This document shows positions 54,354 through 64,000 of a DNA stretch of 64,000 bases, one piece after another; the stretch's first letter is position 1; each line of letters opens with the position of its first letter. The notes beneath the pieces were generated by a model. That model was not told where the DNA came from. It did no database searches and saw nothing but the letters and a program-made list of their open reading frames with translations. Where the stretch lies: positions 12,436,644 through 12,500,643 of the forward strand of contig CM120643.1 in the NCBI GenBank assembly GCA_051362555.1. The letters are read 5' to 3'. Source of the DNA: Lingula anatina. Its lineage: Eukaryota > Animalia > Brachiopoda. The translations under genes and the position numbers were made by a program.

Positions 54354-56027
54354 GTTGGAGCTGGAAAATATAAGAAAAAATTCACACAGTCAATCAGATT
54401 CTATATATTGTGATCAAAAATGGCATGCATTTAGGGTAGTGTAGAAATGACGACTGGAAATCAAAAGAAAGAATGAAAGCAAAACTGATGTAAAATTGAA
54501 TTATAGTTCTGCAAATCAACTGATATTTCTGCTTATAAACAGTAAGCTTATCTAAAAGATCCAAAGCTAAACAATTCATAAGTTTTACTTAAAACTGTGT
54601 TTAAAAAACATTTTAAAAATACTGCATAAATTTCACAGTCATAAGTAAATAAATCATTCATTTATGTCCAGGGTGTCTAACATCTTTTTGTCTAATAAGA
54701 CAGTATTTTTCAAAAAACTTTTTTCTCAGTTATTTAAAACAGATTGATATATTCAATAATTTATAAGGTTATGCAAGGTTCAGCATGCATTATTATTATT
54801 ATTTTTTTTTTTTTTTACTGACAGTCACAGAAATATTGGAGGTAATACCCACATATTTTACAAGCTCTTGATAAAAAGAAAATCTAATTTGAATTGATAC
54901 ATACAGAGCTAATGAAACTGTTCTCTCATTATTATTTTATGTTGGCAAAATTTTCACCAATCCAATGACAAATTGACGAAATAATTAGTTTCAATTCCTA
55001 CAGTCAAAGCAAATCAGTGCTCAGCAATGGAATTAGATACAACACTTACTTTTGAAAATTATGGTTTGAAAAATATTTAACGTATACGAAGGTAGGGAAT
55101 ACATCCCCCCCCCCCCCTTAATCACTAATCATTAAAACAGCTCAATCACCAATAATGAAGATATATTCAGATCAATCACCAAGAATTTCTGAATCACGTT
55201 TCACGCAGAATATTGGGCTCAAATGGCGCATCACTCTCAAAAAATAAGGCCAATCACGCGGAAAGCAAAAGGTATTCCGTACCCTCATTTATATATGATT
55301 TCATTATATCAAGTATCGGTAGGTTTTAAAAAACATCATGAACATTTAGCATTAAATTTCAATGTCTCAAAAACTACAAATTTTGGACTGTCAAATCTAT
55401 ACACAGTCTTAATATAGTGATCCCAAAAGAAATGGGTGGCCTATGAACAAATTTAACCTGCCCTATATTTATACCTTTATGTATCTTTCTGAAATCATGT
55501 CTGCATAAAAAATCATAATGCTCCATGATTATTATTGCTGTTATTCTTTTTTTTTTTTTTTTGTATTTGCATTTTAACTTCAAATTTTCCAACCAAACAT
55601 TCTTTATAACGCCAGGTAAGTTTATCGTACAAATAATACGACATGATCAGTGTTGTTAAAGTTCACTTCAGGTCACTAATAAAAACAACCTAATTTTACC
55701 GAATCTAGTGAAAGGTAACACAAAATATGTGAGCAACCAGAGTTTACATATAGGTAAAGCACAGAATATTTAAGAAATAGAACAGCTGTAATTAGCTAAA
55801 TATGACTGAAACTTTGATGGCTAGGTCCACTTATCCCCTCGTGCCCTCCTTCTCCTTCCTTAAAACCAATCAATCTTAAGTTCTGATCAGCATCAAAGAG
55901 ACAGTTTGCGCAATTGAAACACTTTGCAATATCTGTTTAGTATTAAAACGTCTCAATTTTATAGAAAATGCTATTTAATTAGAAGTTTAAACGCCACTTC
56001 CTAGCTATACAAAACAAGATTACTCAC

Positions 56028-56260
56028 ACTTTACGCGGCCATCTTTGCCAGGAAAGACCATAAACAACCACAGGTGTGATAAGTAAAACCCACCTGACAA
56101 AATGCCGAACTTCTCGGTTAAGCAACTAAACTAAGCTTCAGAAATATATAACGTCTCTAAAATCAGCAATCGCATTTGGTCTTAGTTCTAAATCTTAAGA
56201 TATCACGATTATATACTCACCTGTTCACGCCAACCCAACCGACATTTGAATACCTGTCCT
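56028..56260 (-). other. Mcr: Putative non-coding 5' exon(s) of Mcr
   Basis: Two consensus GTGAGT donors after minus-strand positions 56221 and 56028. The first coding exon has an acceptor 7 nt upstream of the ATG (exon starts at 54360), so an upstream exon is expected. Confidence 0.6.
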
Positions 56261-56820
56261 TGTAACGCATGCGCAATGTGTGTCGTAGCTGAGGAATGCA
56301 TACCTTGGAAATTCGTCATCAACATGACAAATAAATTGGCGCGTAATTGCGGCAGGTGCGACAGGTGAATAGTGGAACGCATTCGTTGGGTTTGTTGAGA
56401 AAGCCTTCATTTTTCACTGCCGTTTCGACAGTCTACACAACAAGGGTAATTTAAATAACTATAGTGTACAATTGCACTGGGGAAAAAAGCGTTTTGTGAA
56501 ACGTGAAGTGAAACTTTTCAAACAGACCGCTCGTCAGATCACCCATAATGCAATGTACCGGATTGAAGACGGTGATGTCAAATCAAATCTGATTGGTTTA
56601 TTACTTAAATGCGTGTGTTCCCCTGTGTAGATTCTCGCTCATTGTGGCACTCGGTATGCATATGGTGGTTAAAACGGACTCACAAATAAAGCTTTTTAAT
56701 TGTTATGAAATTTTTGGCTCATCATACTGGAGCCATCTTATAAACAATCGCACTTAATCCCAAGGAATCTGCACGTGTTTTGGACCAATGACTTTACTTC
56801 TCTCAATTACTACTTCCGGT
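56260..56820. promoter_or_regulatory. Shared (bidirectional) promoter region between Mcr and NEDD8
   Basis: Relatively CpG-rich; NRF1-like cgcatgcgca 56266-75, CCAAT boxes (ctgattgg about 56589, ccaat 56785-89), E-box cacgtg 56772-77, ETS acttccggt 56812-20. Confidence 0.6.
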
Positions 56821-56861
56821 GAAGAGAACAGTGTGACTGGGAGTAGGAAGAAATCGTAATC

Positions 56862-59318
56862 ATGTTGATAAAAGTGAAGGTAATATATGTTAAGACATGT
56901 TTTAAGGGAGAACAGTCATATTAATACACGGTGTATTTAAAGTGGTTAGGGTTGTACGGAGTGACGTTTTATTTCACTTCTAATTTTGAATGATTTAAGA
57001 CACCGGTTCTATGTAGTCAGGCACGGAGTCATTGTCACACAATGTTAAGGCTTCGATCAGGTTTTTAGAAATGAATTGTGAAGATTTTTAGGCATGTTCA
57101 GTCGTTTATTTGACATTTTGCCTATGCGTAGTTTGTGGTATAGTATCTTCAGTAACAGTATGATAAGTCATTTCTTTCACAACATGATGATGCTGATAAA
57201 CTAAGTATAAGGGGGAAAAAAAACGATTCTCACATAGTTACCACAATGCTCTCTGTGTTAGTATGCCTTTATATTTTAACAGGTCTATCTGGGATTTTAC
57301 CTTTAAATAAAGAAACTGAAATTTTATTTTGAAAATAAATGACATCTGAGATAAAGACAGTAAAGCCATGATACCCAAGTTATTATGAGGATGTTGTAGT
57401 CAATTTGTTCTGAAAGAAATTTCAAAAACTTTTTTTACTAGAGAACACATTTGTGTGCAGTGATTTGTTTGATTGATTGAGGTAAAGTTGGAAAAAAAGT
57501 CGCCCACATTTGCACCTTGAGAAAAGTTATACTTGTGTATGTAAAAGATAAAGCTTTGCCAAAATTTGCTTCTATGATAAGCATGTTTCAAAATTCATAC
57601 TTATTTATAAATTTCATTTCTTTTCATGTACTGGTAGACACTTACAGGAAAAGAGGTGAGGAGATTTTCCATTTTCATATCAGAAATTAATAACAATCCC
57701 ATTGAATGAAGAAGATTGAGATTTAAATGATTTTAAGGATAAGAAGATTATATACATGTATGTCCACTATTACTTTTTCAGTTGTGTAACAACAAATTGA
57801 ACAATTTTTTTATCTTAGTATTTTATCTTTTCAGATTGAGATAGACATTGAACCCACTGATAAGGTAATTTTCTGCCATTTTACTTGAACTGTGTTTGGT
57901 GTCTAGCTCCCACTTCTCAGTTTATTTCATAAAATGTTTTTTGTTTACTAAATGATTTCTTTGGCTATACACAGGTCCCCTTGCAAAACCTGCTTTGTTG
58001 AAAATCTAAATCCATTCCATGAAGTTTCAATAGCAATAAAATTTACATCTTCATCTAAAAAACAAGCTTTCAAATCACAGTCTACAGAATGGTGAAGGCA
58101 GAGGTGTGTACTATTGATGTTTACCCTTGTTTATATGGTTGAAGTGAGCCGTAAGAGACAAACAATTTATATATTTGAACATGCAGCTGAGAAATGATTC
58201 ATTCTCATATTTATACTTTCTTAATCTAGTTAGGTGTGTTTCAGTTTGAGAAATTGAATTTTATTTTAGGTGGAGAGAATAAAAGAGAGAGTGGAGGAAA
58301 AGGAAGGAATTCCACCACAACAACAGAGGCTTATTTTTAGTGGGAAACAAATGTGAGTATATGCACATCTCTAGGTGAAAGTGTGTACAGTTTAAGATTG
58401 ATCAGGAGAAATTTCCAGGTCTGGATCAGGCCTAGCAAACTACAACGACAACATTCAAAAACCATGATAACGCAAGAAAACCCTACTGTGCCACTCAATC
58501 ACTAAAGGGTGCACTCAAAATGAATCTAGCATATTATGTAGATCGATCCAACTCCGCAAGGACTCTGCCTGAATACAATCAGATTAACTGAATGACATTT
58601 AGAGCAGCTAGGGGGTGATTCTGTTGCACTCAAAACGAAGTCTAAAGGTTTCCAGAAGCCACACCATATTGCAGTGAGCAATACTGAAGCACAATTTTAT
58701 GTGATTTTTTAATATAAGCTGCCTGTCATCAGACTCATGAAGTTTTTTGCCCTTTTTTTCTCTGGTGTAGTTTTCTAGGCCTTTGGATTGCCAGGATAGA
58801 AAATACATATCACACATCGTAGAATCCATCTTTTTGAATTTATCATTAGGACATTTTTTATGTTGAAGAAATAACATCAGCATACTATGTACAACAAACT
58901 CACACAAAGTTGTATAGCAGTGACTTTTTACATCATTGCAAATCTTAAAAATTATCAAAATTCAGAACATTTCAAATGAGCAGCTCAATAACACTTGTTT
59001 TTTTTTTTTTTTCCATCATTTAAAACATTTGTCGATTAAGGACTACGATATTTTTGTATCAGATTAGTGATAAATTGACTTAAAAGTAAGACAAATTGTG
59101 ACTTTTTCTTGAACCAATACAAATTATCTTTGACATTTGGTGTAAGATCAGTAATTAAACCAAAAGTTCAAGTTTAAAAAGGTAAATTTATTTATTTTAT
59201 TTTATTTTAATTATTTATTTCCAGGAATGATGACAAGACTGCAGCAGATTACAAAGTCCAAGGTGGATCAGTGTTACATCTAGTGTTAGCTCTCCGGGGA
59301 GGACACAGGGGACATTGA
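56862..59318 (+). CDS. NEDD8: Ubiquitin-like modifier NEDD8 precursor (80 aa)
   Basis: Exons 56862-56879, 57638-57655, 57835-57864, 58270-58352 and 59225-59318 splice to [80 protein letters not shown]. Ala72 (LALRGG) is diagnostic of NEDD8. Confidence 0.97.
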
Positions 59319-60492
59319 TGACAATCACAGACTTAAACTTTTTCAAAATGTCTTGAATGCACCTCTCTCTTCAAAGGGAGGGTGTTTTCTCTTTAGCGAC
59401 TTTGGGAGATATTTGTTTATTTATTTAAACTGGACTGCAAAATCATCCCTTCATCATGTCCAGAGCCTTTTTTTTTTACTTTTGATGCCTGCATATTTAC
59501 CATCATGTAAAGGATACCACAAAGAATTTTACATTAATTTTTTTTTCACTGCACTAAAGCCAAAGTGAATGACCTATTAACATGTTGCAGCTTGAGATGT
59601 GTTTAAAGAATGGTACCTACTAAGAAAGAAAGGGATATTTAGTCAGTCCTTATAAATCAGTTTGCATTCAGAAGTTTCTCTGGAGAATACTGGCATATTG
59701 TGATGTGTACTGTCACTGTGAATCTGTGTGCTCTTTGATGTCGTGCAAACAAAATACCATGAACAGGAAGTGCTCTCTGAAGGAGCCGTGAAACGGCAGG
59801 TCTATTTGAGCGTGCAAAATGCATCAAGTTTTCGTAGATAACTACCATTTAGTTTAATTCAATGTAGAAAAATAGACATTTTGAAGGACAGAGTGAAAGC
59901 AATGTACTTCTCTCCAAGTTTTTTATCTAGTGGATTGCAGCCAAAAATTCAATTTGATACACTTTAGAATATTTATTAAGAGAATTATATAAAAGATAGT
60001 GGAGACAAAAATATTGAATTATTTTCTATAATTCTGTTTTACCTTTAAAATGCATTTGATGGATTTTCAGATTGTTTTGATTATTAGTTGATCATAACAA
60101 AATGTCCTAGATAGAGGTCGCTCTGACCTTTCTTTTTTATGTGTAGTATTAAAGAAAAACTATATCCAGTATGTCATAATTTAACCACAGTTATCGACGT
60201 TGTAATCATTGAAATGTGCTTTTGTTAATCTCAAACTGTAATAAAGTCTAGGAACGGACTCTACAGTTCTCGATGTGTATGTGGGAGTACACGGGGTGAA
60301 AATGATAATTTCTAGGTGGTCCACATATAAGTTACTTCGTATAAGTTCTTCATTCATCTTGAATAATATAATCTTATACACGTGGAACCAGTATTTAGTT
60401 TTTGGAACTATAAGAATTCTGTTGGGGAGCATGAGTTTTCCACCAGCTGGGTCATCCATGAAGAATGTGGCAATTCCCGATGAATTTGCGTA

Positions 60493-60715
60493 TACACTCG
60501 ACCAAAAAAGTTTGGAAAAATGACATGGTTTTTCAATATAATTAAAAAAAGTATGTTATGTCGTGGGAAAATCTTCAGTGTATATACAAAAGTAACGAAA
60601 AGTGGGTGCATTATTCATCAATATTTGGCAAAAATATTTACCTTAGCTGATATGGCTATTCTATAATATTTAAAATAACGATATCGATGCTTCCGAACTT
60701 TTTGGGGCGAGTGTA
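60493..60715. mobile_element. Tc1-type MITE
   Basis: TIRs tacactcgaccaaaaaagtttggaa / ttccgaactttttggggcgagtgta, flanked by TA. Confidence 0.8.
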
Positions 60716-61255
60716 TATCGAACTAAGAAGGAGATCGCCTAACCTCGATCGGCTTTACAATAAAATTGAACGAAAAAAGAAATAAAAGTACCACGTTTCT
60801 TTAGCTTGTTGGCACTGCATCAAGGGCGTTCCGTTTGAAAGAATTGCGGAAGCCAAACTCCGGGGCATCAGCGAGTTCTCCTGCAGCAGGGCAGACGATG
60901 AGTAAATTCAGACCCTGTAAGCTAGTTGAATCACTCTCCTGCACCGACATTGCTGTAAAAAAGGAGTGTCTCTAGCAAATAGTCTAAGTTTATAATTAGA
61001 AATGATGATATCAGTCACTTATTTATTCATTTGTTTCCATATGAGGTGAATTGCAAAATATAATATATAGGCCTATAACATCAATATAAATATTTAATTT
61101 GTATAAGACAAACATGAAGAGGCGTAAATATTCTGACGATTGACAAATGAAGTTGAAACGCTTAAAATGGTTTCACTGAGCAAATAGTATACATATGTCT
61201 CTGAAATAAAAGGAAAATTTCGCTCTTCAGGTGACTTCAGGTGCTACCTTCATAT

Positions 61256-61531
61256 CAGGGGCGGATCCAGGATTATTTGAAAGGGGGGGGGTCCGCGGAT
61301 GCGAATTAAGCCGACCCTTCCCCCCCCCCCCCCCCCCCCAACAAAAAAAACATTTTGTTGTATTTTAGAGGTCGAACAGTGCCATTTGGTACGGTTTAGA
61401 ACTTTGTTACAGTTTAGAACTTTCAGCTAGTCAAAATTCTAATTTGAAGAGGGAAACTTTCGTGTGGTTTTTTCAAAAATCGAAGGGGGGTGGGCAGGAC
61501 CCCCCTGACTCTCCCTTTTAATCCGGCACTG
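61256..61531. mobile_element. hAT-like MITE (CAGGGGCGGATCC-type ends)
   Basis: caggggcggatcc ... aatccggcactg with G/C-run subtermini; no clear TSD. Confidence 0.55.
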
Positions 61532-61898
61532 TACCCTTATGATTAACGTTTACAATGATCGGTGGAGAACGGCATAATTACCTCAAGAAATCAACCACAA
61601 GTAGATAGCCCCCCCCAAAAAAAAAAAAATAGATAAATAAATAAATAAATAAAATAAAAATAAAAAACGCAGAAGAAATATGCAAAAAAGCATATCTAGG
61701 CAAAAAAGTATATAAAGTTGTATTAGATTGAATATATATTGAAACCAGAAATGTATTTATTATACCGTGTACAATATTAACAGCACTTGTCGTCTAATAT
61801 ATTTCTTAGAAATCTGAAAATAAAGCACCACCAGCTTTTCAATAATAAAAGATGTAGAAATAGCATAGGGATAAATAAGTAGGCCTTAGTCCTATATC

Positions 61899-62145
61899 TA
61901 CGGCAATTATTCGATCTTTTCAATGGGCAAAAAATAGTCAAACTTTCTGAATCATAGTTTTATGATAATAAAACTTATATTTCTGTATAGCATTTGTGGG
62001 GATTTTACTGCAAAGAACAGAGTTACAGAGTAGCCGTTTTAGCACTCTATAGGAATGTTCTAATTTAAAGAAATTGTGACTTAAAAATACAGTATCTGTA
62101 AAATCCACAATATACCCTTTTTGAAAAGATCGAGTAATTGCCGTA
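61899..62145. mobile_element. MITE with TACGGCAATT TIRs
   Basis: tacggcaattattcgatctttt / aaaagatcgagtaattgccgta; partial second copy at 7756-7898. Confidence 0.75.
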
Positions 62146-62374
62146 TATGTTACATGCACTATCGACAATACTTAAGAAATGAAAAATCAAACCTCACAGA
62201 TAATAGCCTAATCCTATAAAAACTTCCCCGGGCGGGAGTACTTCCAGCCGCCGCCCCCAGTTATAATACACACGTCTCAGTGTGTTAGGAGAGCACCGTG
62301 AACGACCTTTGAATGAGAATAACTGTGCATATTACGTATTCTTTAGCCTACGCCTCTTCGTCTTGTCCTTATAC

Positions 62375-62429
<55 letters not shown>
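62375..62429. repeat. (TAT)n microsatellite
   Basis: Direct observation. Confidence 0.95.
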
Positions 62430-62430
<1 letters not shown>

Positions 62431-64000
62431 AAAATAGCAGTAACATTATTTATATTTCGAATCTAGTTCCTTTTTACAAGTACTTTAACTCAACGAAATA
62501 TTCTTTATGTCTCCTCCATCCCAGTGTACCACAAACTTTCATAGTCCCTTTCATAACAAGATAGAAGGTAACAAAGAATATCGATTGTTCTTGATTTGGC
62601 CAAACAAGCCCGCTTTTATTATATAACCTCACTTTTCTATAACGATGACACTAAAACTCAACCACAGTTACAGATATCAATTGTATATATTGTCTATTAC
62701 CACTTTACTTACTATGGACGACGACAGGTCATTACAGCACAAGTTTTCGCTGCACAGCACAGAAAATGTCACATAATTAGCCATAGAAATATTTGTTAAT
62801 ATCCAATGAAAATCAATCTTTGTCTCTGGTAAATAATTAATGGAAAATGATGAAACTTCATATAGGTCATCTTCAGCTGAATGTCAAAAGGACCAGAAAA
62901 AAATAAATGTGGGTCATCAACATGCAGTTCTTGTAGAAAAAACATAATACCAAGTCTTCAATAAAGTTTTCATATTTAATGGTTCAGTGTCCTACTAGGA
63001 AGATTTTTCGAATCTAATTTTCTTCTACTCCAGATTCATTACTCAATCTGTCTCTGCACTTAGATTCGATGTTTTAAACCTTTCCTGACAATTCAGTTGT
63101 AAATGCCTGGCCATACATTTAGACCGCCATATTCCTCCTGTCAGTTTAGAAGGAAATACTGACACCAGGTAATTTCACTTGAGGGGTTTCATCTTTTTAA
63201 TGATCAGAATTTGGAAAAAAAGAAGGAGCTTTGCAGGATATTTATAGAAATAAAATGTGACTTCGGGATATTTTCAAGCGTGCATAGTATACCTTAAAAT
63301 TGGCCTATGACACGACACGTCCATAAAATCATTAGCTGCGAGCATGGAATTTAGGTCAATGGCAACCTTTATGTAAGAACCCTGATTTGCTTTCCGAATT
63401 TCAGCATAACTTATCCTGAAAACTAGGCAGATTGCATTTCATCTACCACCTTCCTGGGACATTGAAAAATGATTTGTTCAACCGCTGGACCAAAAGCACA
63501 TGGTAAACCATGTGCGTTTGCAAAACATCCCAAGCATTTTGTGACTTAGATTGATCTTGTGAACAACACTTGAGGTGACAAATCTTTTAACTGATCTTTT
63601 GAGGCAGATTCATCTTCGAGAAGACGGCTTTGAAAAAAAAACATGATTTATTCTGTTGACTCGAATCAAAAACACATGCAAAACCACCTGCGCCTACCAA
63701 AAGAACTTGCGTGCAGGGGTTCTTTTTTAAACACTGCATATATTCTAATTTACAGACAGTACTTGTCTTTGTCGAGTTCAACAAGGATGGATGCCTGATT
63801 ATTAATAACACAGAAATATAGTAAATCATATTCTAGTTATCTATTAATATCGGACCAGAGGAACCAACCGGGTATGCTTATACACTGTCACCCAAAGATC
63901 ACTTTGGGAAAGAATTAATATATCAGGTTACACAAAAATAAAGCATGGTACTTGGTAATCGTTATATGTTTTAAATGTCCCCTTGTGACATGTGCTACTT

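Noticed and set aside
60181-60960. Minus-strand 92-aa ORF (extendable across the MITE) and an open frame of about 50 codons at 60800-60950
   Set aside because: No recognisable domain, a stop shortly upstream and no consistent splice chain.

Overview
AT-rich, intron-rich eukaryotic DNA, probably from a mollusc or other lophotrochozoan (inferred from gene structure and repeat types). Bases 1-26 kb are gene-poor: MITEs, a Tc1 fossil, LINE fragments and tandem repeats. A disrupted LicD-family pseudogene lies at about 26.5-27.85 kb (+). A complete 35-coding-exon Macroglobulin complement-related gene (Mcr/TEP6, CD109-like, about 1592 aa, with an LDLa module and no thioester) spans 30946-54353 (-), head-to-head with NEDD8 (56862-59318, +). 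The main discovery is a 6.8-kb alternative-splicing module at the Mcr MG2/MG3 junction. It holds two paralogous 85-nt mutually exclusive exons, a 6-nt microexon with UGC and RBFOX signatures, and intronic complementary elements arranged like a competing selector/docking-site RNA switch. All exon calls come from manual splice-site and reading-frame analysis, with no transcript evidence.
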